NCBI GenBank assembly: GCA_041690355.1
Contig: JAWLHK010000004.1
Coordinates: 62,001 to 126,000 of the forward strand
DNA length: 64,000 nt
Direction: 5' to 3'
Origin: a bacterium
GTDB lineage: Bacteria; J088; JAWLBW01
The position numbers were made by a program, and so were the translations under genes. Positions 47,823 to 56,612 of the stretch are shown here, piece by piece. The stretch's first letter is position 1. Each line of letters begins with the position of its first letter. The notes beneath the pieces are model-generated. The model did no database searches. It was not told the origin of the DNA and saw nothing but the letters and a program-made list of their open reading frames with translations.

Positions 47823-48095
47823 TCAGCGCCCGCCCGGAACCCGTTTCGCCGCCGGCGGCTCTGCGTAAGGACGGACGGTCTGCTCCAGGCGTTCGGCAAG
47901 CCAGACCTTGATGATCGATTGCCGCGTGACCCCCAGCCGTTCGGCCTCGCGGTCGAGGGCCGCCAGCATCCACTCGGGAAAATCGACATTCACACGACGA
48001 ATCTCGCGCGACGAGCGGCGGGCGTGCCCGAGATCCAGGTAGGCGGTCACGTCCTCTCCGGCTTCGAACTTCTGCTCAAAACGCTTCGCTTTCAT
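47823..48095 (-). CDS. CopG/BrnA-type antitoxin
   Basis: MKAKRFEQKFEAGEDV...RRVNVDFPEWM...LDREAERLGVTRQSIIKVWLAERL. Confidence 0.88.
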   Translation of the reverse strand: MKAKRFEQKFEAGEDVTAYLDLGHARRSSREIRRVNVDFPEWMLAALDREAERLGVTRQSIIKVWLAERLEQTVRPYAEPPAAKRVPGGR

Positions 48096-48348
48096 ACACC
48101 TTTATCTCCTCGGGCCGCGCCCGGCGAACCGAGATGATACGGACGCGATCATCTCGATACGTGATGACTGCCGACCAAACCTTGGGCCCAAGCCGGCCGA
48201 TAACCAGATGCCGGGGCTCGTCCTCCGTCCGCGCCGGAATCTCGAGGATATCCGGGTCGTCCCACAGGGTCTGCGCCTCCTCGAAATCAATACCATGTTT
48301 GTCCAGGTTGGCGGCACTCTTGGCATGCGAATATTCGAACCGCGGCAT
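48076..48348 (-). CDS. BrnT-family toxin
   Basis: Start MPRFEY at 48348; KSAANLDKHGIDFEEAQTLWDD...RIISVRRAR. Confidence 0.88.
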   Translation of the reverse strand: MPRFEYSHAKSAANLDKHGIDFEEAQTLWDDPDILEIPARTEDEPRHLVIGRLGPKVWSAVITYRDDRVRIISVRRARPEEIKVYESEAF

Positions 48349-48429
48349 GGGTATGATAACTATACCATTTTTATTCCCAACGGCCGCGCAGGGGCCCCGC
48401 AAGCACCTCCAGCACAGAATGCTCCCCTG

Positions 48430-48577
48430 GGGGAGAAGCCGATTTCCCCATACGGAAGCCGCATTGAGATAGACCTGATTTTCGGGGGCGCCGAGAACCT
48501 CACGGGCTCGGGGAGAAAGGTCGCCAGGCGAATGCATCGTCCAGAGAGAGGATGCACGTATCGAGCACCAGGTTCAA
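48430..48577 (-). pseudogene. Frameshifted, truncated VapC PIN toxin
   Basis: Reconstructed across two frameshifts: (M)NLVLDTCILLWTMHSPGDLSPRAREVLGAPENQVYLNAASVWEI; the C-terminal half is absent. Confidence 0.7.
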
Positions 48578-48822
48578 CCGGCATCCCCTTCGAACCCGCG
48601 CACGACGTCCTCGGGGAGTTCCTCGAAAAACGCCGGGAGGATCTCGATGCTGCCGACGCACGCGAGCCCGAGCCGCCGAGGTTCGGTGCGGCGGGGGGCA
48701 AGCGGACGAATCTCGGCGATCGGCCTGTTCCGCCGGCAGAGGAGGATGGTCTCACCGGCTTCAATCCGCTTCAGGTAGCGTGAGAGATGGGTTTTGGCCT
48801 CGTGAACGTTCAAGCGAATCAT
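48574..48822 (-). CDS. Phd/YefM-family antitoxin
   Basis: LNVHEAKTHLSRYL...GETILLCRRNRPIAEIRPL...FFEELPEDVVRGF. Confidence 0.88.
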   Translation of the reverse strand: MIRLNVHEAKTHLSRYLKRIEAGETILLCRRNRPIAEIRPLAPRRTEPRRLGLACVGSIEILPAFFEELPEDVVRGFEGDAG

Positions 48823-49026
48823 GACTACATTCTAAATCGGAGTGAACAAACTTCAATATTCCGAGGTGTCCCTCTCGGCCATCGGGCATTGCACGTCGGG
48901 CATGGGCATGGCGCGAAGCGCAGGTGGTGTCCCCGCGAGCGCACACCGTTCCCTTCCGTCCTCTCCGCCGCCTACACTGCAGAGAAGGAAGGCGTCCCTG
49001 CCTTCCGTACGCATGCAGAGGCCGTC

Positions 49027-49755
49027 ATGAGGAATCGCTGGACATCCATCCTCTCGCTGGCCGTGCTTTCGGCCGCCATCGCCCTTCCCGCCCACGCGCA
49101 GGATATCTTTGAAGAGGAATTCCGGAACGGAACACTCCAGACCGGGGAACTCCAGACCGAAGCACTCCGCACCCGCGAGACGCCCCTGGAGCAAGAGACG
49201 CAGCCGGATTATATTCCCGCGCCGGCACCCGAGCCCGCTTCCGGACCGCACCCCAACCTCGGCATCGAACTCGGCGGCGGTTTTCAGACCTTTACCGGGG
49301 AACTGGGGGATCGGACCAACGCGGGCTTCGGCGTCAACCTCCGGGCGATACTCGGCGTCCGCAGCCGTGTCGGCCTCGAGCTCGGCTACCTGGGCGCGTT
49401 CAACGTGGCCGAGCGCACCGAGGACCTCGAGAAGACGACGGCCACGCTCTACTCCAACTCCGCCGAGGCGCTCGCGCGGCTCAGCTTCTCGGGACACCGA
49501 TCGGCGGTGCGGCCCTATATCGCGGGGGGCGTGAACTTCACCCGTATGGACACGCGCCTCAGCACCCCCCTGGGGTCGCGCGAGCTCGACAACCGCAACG
49601 GCATCGGCGTTCCCCTGGCCGCCGGCGTGCAGATCATGCCCGACGAGGGGTTCACCGTGAGCGCGCGCGCCAACTACAACGTGCTCACCGGCATTCTCGA
49701 CGAGCGCCTCGGCGACCAGTGGGGCGTCACCCTGGCTGCGGGCGCGCTCTTCTAG
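49027..49755 (+). CDS. Outer-membrane beta-barrel protein
   Basis: Start MRNRWTS; signal peptide ending AHA; amphipathic strands, RPYIAGG, C-terminal Phe. Confidence 0.75.
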   Translation: MRNRWTSILSLAVLSAAIALPAHAQDIFEEEFRNGTLQTGELQTEALRTRETPLEQETQPDYIPAPAPEPASGPHPNLGIELGGGFQTFTGELGDRTNAGFGVNLRAILGVRSRVGLELGYLGAFNVAERTEDLEKTTATLYSNSAEALARLSFSGHRSAVRPYIAGGVNFTRMDTRLSTPLGSRELDNRNGIGVPLAAGVQIMPDEGFTVSARANYNVLTGILDERLGDQWGVTLAAGALF

Positions 49756-49767
49756 CGCACGCCGCAG

Positions 49768-49804
49768 CATTCCTGATTCCTGATTCCTGAATCGGCAAGG
49801 GACC
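49768..49804 (+). repeat. TTCCTGA-heptamer intergenic repeat, copy 1
   Basis: CATTCCTGATTCCTGATTCCTGA...GGCAAGGGACC; related copies at 57631 and 63292. Confidence 0.7.
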
Positions 49805-49858
49805 ACTACCTGCCCTGTACGTTCCCCCGGGAAACGGAAAGCGGAAAACGGAACCCTC

Positions 49859-49899
49859 TTGACAAGTTCGACTTTCGTTCTATAGAATGAAACTCGAAC
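49859..49899 (+). promoter_or_regulatory. lexA promoter with overlapping LexA boxes
   Basis: TTGACA (49859) and TAGAAT (49883); GTTC-GACTTTC-GTTC (49866-49880) and reverse-type GAAT-N7-GAAC (49885-49899). Confidence 0.8.
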
Positions 49900-49921
49900 A
49901 CACCCCCGGAGTGCCGAGTTG

Positions 49922-50551
49922 ATGCTGACCCGAAAACAGCGCGAAGTCCTGGACGCCATCGAAGAGTTCGCCCGCGACAACGACTACATGCCGAGCGTGC
50001 GCGAGCTGGCCGAAAAGCTCGGCCTGGGCGTGACCACCACCCACTTTCACCTCTCGACCCTGCAGTCGAAAGGATACCTGGCCCACGACGGCACCGCGCA
50101 CGGCATGCGCCTCAAGAAGAAGTCCGCCCGGCCGCTGGTCGGACCGAACCTGCCAGATGAAGGCGGCGGCGGCATCCGCATCCCCATCGTCGGCACCATC
50201 GCCGCCGGCCGGCCCATCGAGGCCATGGAGTCGCGCGATCAGTTTCTGACCGTCCCCACCGAATGGGTCCGCGGCAACGGCGACAGCTACGTGCTGCGCG
50301 TCCGCGGCGATTCGATGAAGGACGACGCCATTCTCGACGGCGACCTGGTCGTCATCCAGCGCTGCGACAGCGTCGATGACGGAACGATCGCCGTGGCCCT
50401 GCTCGACGACGGCTCGGCCACCTTGAAACGGATTTACCGCGAGCGCGGCCGCGTGCGCCTGCAGCCCGCGAACACGAGCATGGAACCGATTTACGTCAAG
50501 AAAGTACGCATTCAGGGGAAGGTAACAGGGGTCGTTCGTTCGTACCACTGA
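49922..50551 (+). CDS. lexA: LexA repressor
   Basis: LTRKQREVL, PSVRELA HTH, IAAG cleavage site, GDSM Ser, ATLKR Lys. Confidence 0.95.
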   Translation: MLTRKQREVLDAIEEFARDNDYMPSVRELAEKLGLGVTTTHFHLSTLQSKGYLAHDGTAHGMRLKKKSARPLVGPNLPDEGGGGIRIPIVGTIAAGRPIEAMESRDQFLTVPTEWVRGNGDSYVLRVRGDSMKDDAILDGDLVVIQRCDSVDDGTIAVALLDDGSATLKRIYRERGRVRLQPANTSMEPIYVKKVRIQGKVTGVVRSYH

Positions 50552-50575
50552 GGAGAGGGTCCGCCAATAGGGTAG

Positions 50576-50601
50576 AGAGCGCGCCCCGGCGCGCTCTTTT
50601 T
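50576..50601 (+). terminator. Rho-independent terminator after lexA
   Basis: AGAGCGCGCC-CC-GGCGCGCTCT-TTTT. Confidence 0.7.
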
Positions 50602-50612
50602 ATCCCCACGGT

Positions 50613-50627
50613 GTTCTAGTTTTGTTC
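50613..50627 (+). promoter_or_regulatory. Putative LexA box upstream of imuA
   Basis: GTTC-TAGTTTT-GTTC. Confidence 0.75.
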
Positions 50628-50644
50628 TAGTTAAGCGCTCTACT

Positions 50645-51379
50645 ATGTCAGCCACCGCCGAACAGCTCGTGACCCTGCACCCGCAGGTCTACCGCGGCGA
50701 CGCCCTCCCCCCGGTGCGCGCCCTCGGAACGGGGATCGCCGCACTCGACGGCCTGCTCCCCGGCGGCGGATTCCCCCGCGGCCGGATTGCGGAACTCCAC
50801 GGCCCCATGGCCGGCGGGCGCATGACGCTCGCGCTCCACCTGATCCGCCACGCGCTGGATCGGGGAGAACGGGCGGCGGTCGTCGACCTGCCCGGCACCT
50901 TCGTTCCCCCCGAGACGTGGAATGGGGGAATGCCGCCGGCTCAGGGGGAACCCGATGCGCCGCGCGGAACGGCGGCCGGACGCGCCCCCGCCGGTTCCCC
51001 GCCGGATCTTGATGCGGAACGGCTGCTCATCGGCCGCCCCGCCGATCTGCAGCAGGCGCTGCGGGCCGTGGGGATCCTCACCCGCAGCCGCCAGTGGGGG
51101 CTCGTGCTGCTCGATCTGACCGGGGCGCCGCGCATGCCCTCTGCCGCCTGGCTGCAGCGGGTCGGCAGCGACATCCGCAGCGCCGACACCGTGCTGCTGC
51201 TGCTGCACGCGCGGCCGGTGAGCCCCCTCGGCAGCCCGATCACGCTGCGCCTGCACGTCCAGCGCCGATTGACCGAAGCGGGACGGGCCCTGCGCGTGCG
51301 CGTAGCGAAGAACAAACTTGCGCCCCCCGAGGGTTCCGTCGATCTCCCGTTCGCTTCCCCAGGAGTTCCCCATGCCTGA
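50645..51379 (+). CDS. imuA: ImuA (RecA-like) accessory protein
   Basis: TGIAALDGLLPGGGFPRGRIAEL with degenerate Walker A (GGRMT); precedes imuB-dnaE2. Confidence 0.85.
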   Translation: MSATAEQLVTLHPQVYRGDALPPVRALGTGIAALDGLLPGGGFPRGRIAELHGPMAGGRMTLALHLIRHALDRGERAAVVDLPGTFVPPETWNGGMPPAQGEPDAPRGTAAGRAPAGSPPDLDAERLLIGRPADLQQALRAVGILTRSRQWGLVLLDLTGAPRMPSAAWLQRVGSDIRSADTVLLLLHARPVSPLGSPITLRLHVQRRLTEAGRALRVRVAKNKLAPPEGSVDLPFASPGVPHA

Positions 51380-53009
51380 GAATTCCACGCCGCCGCTGCC
51401 GTTCGCCCCTTCCACCCCGCCGGCGACCTCGACAGCCGTCCCCACGGGCACGCCGCTGCGCCGCGTCGCCTGCGTGCGCATCCCCGCGCCGCATCTGGCC
51501 TTCTACCTGCGCGCCCGGCGCGGCGCGGCCCTTCCCCCCACGGCGCTCCTCGATGAAGCGGGGCTCGTGCGGGCCGCTTCGCGCGAGGCCCGCCAGGCCG
51601 GAGTGGAACCGGGGATGACGCGCAAACAGGCCGAAGCCATGGCCCCGCATGTGCGCTTCGACGCGCTCGATCCCCACGCCGAAGCGGCCGAGTGGGAACG
51701 CCTCGCGCTGCTGCTCGGCCGCTTCTCCCCCACGGTCGAAAAGGCAGAGGAGGCGGGCGTGTTCTACCTCGACGCCCACGGCCTGGGCCGCCTCTATCCT
51801 TCGCTGCGGGAATACCTGGCGCACATCCGTTTCACCCTGCAGGGCGAGGGCTACCAGCCGCGCGTCGCCGTGGCCGGGAGCCGCTTCGCCGCCCGCGCCG
51901 CCACGCACCTGAACGAGATCCACGTCGTGCCCCCGGGGCGCGATCCGGTGGCGCTGGCGCCGCTGCCGCTCGCCCTGCTCCCCCTGTCGCCCGGCCTGCG
52001 CGAGACCTTCGCCGCCCTCGGCCTGCGCGCCCTGGGCGATCTCACGGCCATCCCCGTCGCCGAGCTCGAAGCGCGCTTCGGCCGCGAGGGGATCGAAGCC
52101 GTCCGCCTGGCCCAAGGCGAAGATCCGACGCCGCTGCGTCCCTTCGCCACCCCGGAGCTGGCCGCGGTAGAGCTGGCGCTCGACGGCCCGCTGGAGCAGG
52201 GCGACGCCGTGCGCTTCCTGCTCGCAAACCTCGCGAACCGCCTGATCGACATCCTGAACCGCCGCGGGCTTGCCTGCGAAGAGGCGCGCCTCGTGCTCCG
52301 GCTCGACGACCGCAGCGAGCAGACGCTGGCGATCGAGCCGGCGGCGCCGACGCTCTCGGCGCGCCTGCTCGCCGATCTGGCCTTTCTCGCGCTGGAACGC
52401 AATCCGCTCCCGGCCCCCATCCTGCACGCCCGCCTCGAAGCGGCCCGCGCCGGGGCCGCCGCGCCGGATCAGAGGGTGCTCTTCGTGGAGCGGGGCGATC
52501 CCGATCGGGCGGAACTTGCCGTGGCGCGCCTGCGCAATCTGCTCGGCGACGAGGCGGTCCTGCGTCCGCGGCGGGTGGCGGCCTGGCGCCCCGAACAGCG
52601 CGTGCGCTGGGAAGAGTATCAGGAACGGCGCCTCCCGCCGCGCGATCCTTCCAGCTTCCGCCGGCCGCGCGAGGGGCGCACCGCCGGCACGTTCACCTCC
52701 CGCTCGGCGGTCGAATCCGACGCCGACGGGGCCGGCCGCTTTCTTCGCGACGAGGGGCTGCGCCTGTGCGCCCCGCCGCTGCCGGTCCAGGTGCGCGTCG
52801 ACGCGGGCGGACGGCCGGTCTGGTGCCAGAGCGCCTGGGCCTGGGGTCCGCTCGCCCGCGTCGAGGGACCCGAGCGCATCGGCGGCGACTGGTGGAGTAC
52901 GCCGTACGAGCGCGACTACTACCGCATCGACTGGCCCGGCGGCGCGGGCGCCTGGATCTTTCTCGACCGCCTCGCGAACGCCTGGTACCTGCACGGCATT
53001 TACGACTGA
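51372..53009 (+). CDS. imuB: ImuB (inactive Y-family polymerase homolog)
   Basis: GVEPGM...FSPTVE...YLD, LPLALL, GPERIGGDWW...RDYYR, WYLHGIYD. Confidence 0.88.
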   Translation: MPENSTPPLPFAPSTPPATSTAVPTGTPLRRVACVRIPAPHLAFYLRARRGAALPPTALLDEAGLVRAASREARQAGVEPGMTRKQAEAMAPHVRFDALDPHAEAAEWERLALLLGRFSPTVEKAEEAGVFYLDAHGLGRLYPSLREYLAHIRFTLQGEGYQPRVAVAGSRFAARAATHLNEIHVVPPGRDPVALAPLPLALLPLSPGLRETFAALGLRALGDLTAIPVAELEARFGREGIEAVRLAQGEDPTPLRPFATPELAAVELALDGPLEQGDAVRFLLANLANRLIDILNRRGLACEEARLVLRLDDRSEQTLAIEPAAPTLSARLLADLAFLALERNPLPAPILHARLEAARAGAAAPDQRVLFVERGDPDRAELAVARLRNLLGDEAVLRPRRVAAWRPEQRVRWEEYQERRLPPRDPSSFRRPREGRTAGTFTSRSAVESDADGAGRFLRDEGLRLCAPPLPVQVRVDAGGRPVWCQSAWAWGPLARVEGPERIGGDWWSTPYERDYYRIDWPGGAGAWIFLDRLANAWYLHGIYD

Positions 53010-53017
53010 GCCGCTCG

Positions 53018-56000
53018 ATGGATTCCCCCCGCTCCGGTTCCGGACAGCCCACCCCGTACCCCGGCGGCCCCCAGGCGCCGATCCGGGGCTACGCGGAACT
53101 GCATTCCCGTTCCAATTTCACCTTCCTCGGCGGCGGCACGCCCCCCGAGCGGCTGGCCGAGACCGCCGCCAGCCTCGGCCTGCGCGCCCTCGCGATCACC
53201 GACAAGGACGGCCTCTACGGCGTCGTGCGCTTTCACGAAGCGGCGGCGCAGATGGGCCTGCACGCGATCGTCGGCGCCGATCTGACGCTCGAAGACCGCA
53301 GCGCCGTCACGCTGCTCGCGCGCGACCGCGAGGGGTACGCGAACCTGTCGACGCTGATCTCGAAGGCGCGCACCGACTTCCCCCGTGGCGACCCGCGCAC
53401 GCCCGTCGACACGCTGCGCGCCCACGCCGCCGGGCTGATCCTGCTCGCCGGCCCCGCGAGCCCCGTGCAGCACGCGCTGCGGGCCGGCGACGAGGCGGCG
53501 GCCGCCACCTGGTTCCACCAGGCGCGCGAGGCCTTCGGGGCCGACCACGTCCTTCTCGAGGGGAACCTGCAGTTGCGCGCCGGCCAGGAAGAATGCTTCG
53601 GTCAGGTGCACGCCTTCGCGCGCCGCCACCGCTTTCCCGGCGTGGCCGCCAACGACGTGCGCTATGCGACGGCGGCCGACCGCATCCTCTACGACGTGCT
53701 CTCCTGCGTACGCGAGCGCACGACCCTCGCCGACGCGGCCCTGCTGCTGGAACCCAACGCGGAGCGGCGCCTGAAGAGCGCGGCCGAGATGCACGCCCTG
53801 TTCCGCGCGGCCCCCGACTGGATCGCGCGCACCGTCGACGTCGCGGCCCAGTGCACGTTCGGCATGACCGATCTGCACTACCGGCTCCCCGGTTTCCCCA
53901 CCGCAGGAGAAACGCCGGACGAGGCCCTGCGCCGCCTCGCCTGGGCGGGGGCTGCGCGCCGCTACGGGGAACCGTTTTCCGATCGCGTGCGCGCCCAGAT
54001 GGAGCACGAGCTGGGGCTCATCGGCCGCCTCGATCTCGCCGGCTACTTTCTCATCGTCTGGGACATCGTGCGCTTCTGCGGCGAGCGGGGAATCCTCTGC
54101 CAGGGGCGCGGCTCGGCCGCCAATTCCGTCGTCTGCTACTGCCTGGGGATCACGGCCGTCGACCCCATCGGCCTCGATCTCCTCTTCGAACGCTTCCTCT
54201 CCGAGGGACGCTCCGAAGCGCCCGACATCGACCTCGACATCGCCCACAACTACCGCGAGCAGGTCATCCAGTACGTCTACGAGCGCTACGGCCGCGACCA
54301 CGCCGCCATGGTCTGCGAGGTCATCACCTACCGCGGCCGCTCGGCCATCCGCGACGTCGGCAAGGCGCTCGGCTTCTCGCTGGAACAGGTGGATCGGATC
54401 GCCAAACGGATCGAAACCGTGAAGAAGCTCCTCGCCGGCGCCGCGGTTCCCCCCGCCGAGCAGGCGGATCTCGGCGTCGAATGGAACGGGGAGGCGATGC
54501 GCCGCCTGCTGTTGCTCACGGATCGCATCCAGGGCTTTCCGCGCCACATCTCGATCCACGTCGGCGGCATGGTCGTCTCGGCCGAACCGCTGCGCCGCAT
54601 CGTCCCCGTCGAGGCGGCCGCCATGGAGGGGCGCTCGATCATCCAGTGGGACAAGGATGACGCCGAGGCGCTGAAGCTCGTCAAGATCGACCTGCTCGGC
54701 CTCGGCATGCTCAGCCTGCTGCAGGACGGACTCCAGCTCATCGAGCGCCACCATGGCGCGCGCATCGGCCTGCACGAACTCGACTACGCGGATGCGCGCG
54801 TCTACGCGAGCCTCACCGCCGCCGACACCGTCGGGGTGTTCCAGGTGGAGTCGCGCGCGCAGATGAACACGCTCCCCCGCCTGAAGCCGAAGTGCTTCTA
54901 CGATCTGGTCGTCGAGGTCGCGCTCATCCGCCCCGGGCCGATCCAGGGCGAAATGGTGCACCCGTACCTGCGCCGCCGCGACGGCCTCGAGCCGGTCACC
55001 TATCCGCACCCCGACGTCGTGCCCATTCTCGCGCGCACCCTCGGCGTGCCGCTCTTTCAGGAACAGGGGATGCGCCTGGCCATCACGGCGGCGGGCTTCA
55101 CGCCCGGCGAGGCCGACGCCCTGCGCAAGGCCATGGGGCACAAGCGATCGCACGAGCGGATGCAGGGGCTGCTCGATAAGCTCGTGAACGGCATGCGCGG
55201 CAACGGCTACGACGAAGACGTCATCCGCCGCATCGTGCAGCAGCTCACCGCCTTCGCCGACTACGGATTTCCCGAGAGCCACGCGGCGAGCTTCGCGCTG
55301 CTCGTCTTCGCCAGCGGGTGGATGAAGGTCTACTACCCCGCGGTCTTCTACACGGCGCTGCTCAACGCGCAGCCCATGGGCTTCTATTCTCCGTCGACGA
55401 TCGTGAACGACGCGCGCCGGCACGGCGTCGAGGTGCGCCCGGTCGACATGCTGCGCAGCGGCTACGACTGCGCCATCGAAGACGGCGCCCTGCGGCTCGG
55501 GTTCCGCTACGTGCGCGGCATCGGCGAGGCGCAGCGCGAAGCGGTCGAGCGGATGCTTGCGGCCCGCCCGTTCCGCCATGCGGATACGGCCCTGCAGGCG
55601 ACGTTGGCGCTCCCCATCCACCTGCGGCGGAACCTGGTGCAGGCGGGCGCCTTCGACAGCCTGGGCCTCGACCGCCGCACGGCCCGCTGGCGCCTCGAAG
55701 GGATTCAGCGGGAACCCGCCGGCCCACTGCTGGATTCTCACCTGTATCGAGTTGAAGAAAACCGTTCGTATCGAGCCGACGGCGAAGGGCAGCGCCCCGC
55801 GCGACGGCGAGATGCGCACGAGCGCCCCCTCGCTGTCGGACTCCGCCCTGCTGCGCCCGGTCAGCTCGGGGCGAACGGGTTGGGACGCCTGCAGGAAACG
55901 GAGCTCCGCCAGTCGGGTGGCGGACCTGGGACGGGGGACGACAGGGGGTCCATTCGTCACTCGTCACTCCCTTTTCGGGTCCCCCCTCGGGGGACGACAG

Positions 56001-56458
56001 GGGGGCCGGGGGGCTGGACCCCCGCCCCCATGACCGCCGTCGAAGAGCTCCAGGCCGACTACCACCTCACGGGGCTCTCGGTGCGCCATGAGCCGATGGC
56101 CGCCTACCGCGACTACCTGCGCCGCCGCGGCTGCCGCCGCGCCGAAGAGCTGCGCCACGTGCCGGACGGAACGTTGCTCGAAGTGGCCGGCGTCGTCATC
56201 TGCCGCCAGCGGCCGGGCACAGCCAAGGGGATGCTCTTTCTCACCCTCGAGGACGAAACGGGGATGATCAATCTCGTCGTCTTCCCCGATCGCCTGGATC
56301 GCTTCCGGAGCATCCTGCTGCACCGCCCGCTGATCCTCGCCCGCGGCCGCCTCGAGCGGGCGCACGACGTCACGAACATTCTCGTCGATCACGTGGAAGC
56401 GCTCCCCCGCATGCAGGTGGGAGAACAGATGAGTTTTCAATCGAGGGATTTCCGATGA
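53018..56458 (+). CDS. dnaE2: Error-prone DNA polymerase DnaE2 (ImuC)
   Basis: YAELHSRSNFTFLGG, GRGSAANS, PDIDLD, GVFQVESRAQM, YGFPESHAASFA, RQRPGTAKG, C-terminal SRDFR. Confidence 0.95.
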   Translation: MDSPRSGSGQPTPYPGGPQAPIRGYAELHSRSNFTFLGGGTPPERLAETAASLGLRALAITDKDGLYGVVRFHEAAAQMGLHAIVGADLTLEDRSAVTLLARDREGYANLSTLISKARTDFPRGDPRTPVDTLRAHAAGLILLAGPASPVQHALRAGDEAAAATWFHQAREAFGADHVLLEGNLQLRAGQEECFGQVHAFARRHRFPGVAANDVRYATAADRILYDVLSCVRERTTLADAALLLEPNAERRLKSAAEMHALFRAAPDWIARTVDVAAQCTFGMTDLHYRLPGFPTAGETPDEALRRLAWAGAARRYGEPFSDRVRAQMEHELGLIGRLDLAGYFLIVWDIVRFCGERGILCQGRGSAANSVVCYCLGITAVDPIGLDLLFERFLSEGRSEAPDIDLDIAHNYREQVIQYVYERYGRDHAAMVCEVITYRGRSAIRDVGKALGFSLEQVDRIAKRIETVKKLLAGAAVPPAEQADLGVEWNGEAMRRLLLLTDRIQGFPRHISIHVGGMVVSAEPLRRIVPVEAAAMEGRSIIQWDKDDAEALKLVKIDLLGLGMLSLLQDGLQLIERHHGARIGLHELDYADARVYASLTAADTVGVFQVESRAQMNTLPRLKPKCFYDLVVEVALIRPGPIQGEMVHPYLRRRDGLEPVTYPHPDVVPILARTLGVPLFQEQGMRLAITAAGFTPGEADALRKAMGHKRSHERMQGLLDKLVNGMRGNGYDEDVIRRIVQQLTAFADYGFPESHAASFALLVFASGWMKVYYPAVFYTALLNAQPMGFYSPSTIVNDARRHGVEVRPVDMLRSGYDCAIEDGALRLGFRYVRGIGEAQREAVERMLAARPFRHADTALQATLALPIHLRRNLVQAGAFDSLGLDRRTARWRLEGIQREPAGPLLDSHLYRVEENRSYRADGEGQRPARRRDAHERPLAVGLRPAAPGQLGANGLGRLQETELRQSGGGPGTGDDRGSIRHSSLPFRVPPRGTTGGPGGWTPAPMTAVEELQADYHLTGLSVRHEPMAAYRDYLRRRGCRRAEELRHVPDGTLLEVAGVVICRQRPGTAKGMLFLTLEDETGMINLVVFPDRLDRFRSILLHRPLILARGRLERAHDVTNILVDHVEALPRMQVGEQMSFQSRDFR
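55931..56007 (+). repeat. Two REP-like GGGGGACGACAGGGGG units plus a TCGTCAC dimer inside dnaE2
   Basis: Direct copies near 55933-55951 and 55989-56007, flanking TCGTCAC TCGTCAC. Confidence 0.7.
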
Positions 56459-56462
56459 GAGA

Positions 56463-56599
56463 AAGCGCCAAGCACCAAGCGCCAAGCGCCGATAAGGCAA
56501 CGGCTTGGGATCCCGATGGTCCTTTCCGGAAAATCGTCACTCGTCAATCGTAAATCGTCAATTGCCCTGATTCGTCACTCGTCACTCGTAACTCGTCAC
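56463..56599. repeat. Heptamer tandem arrays (AAGCGCC x4; TCGTCAC-like 4+4)
   Basis: Read directly in the dnaE2-radical SAM intergenic region. Confidence 0.8.
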
Positions 56600-56612
56600 T
56601 TCCGCGCGCACC

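Noticed and set aside
48349-48537. N-terminal extension of BrnT suggesting a PIN-BrnT fusion
   Set aside because: Chance read-through from the frameshifted VapC remnant; BrnT has its own ATG at 48348.
51692-53017. Apparent 440-aa N-terminal extension of DnaE2
   Set aside because: It overlaps imuB in another frame and is Arg/Pro/Gly-rich noise; the PHP domain begins after the ATG at 53018.
55741-56030. Intein in DnaE2
   Set aside because: No Cys/Ser start with His-Asn end, no endonuclease motifs, and the sequence is low complexity.
56463-56599. Possible CRISPR array
   Set aside because: Units are 7-bp tandem repeats with no unique spacers, and no cas genes are present.
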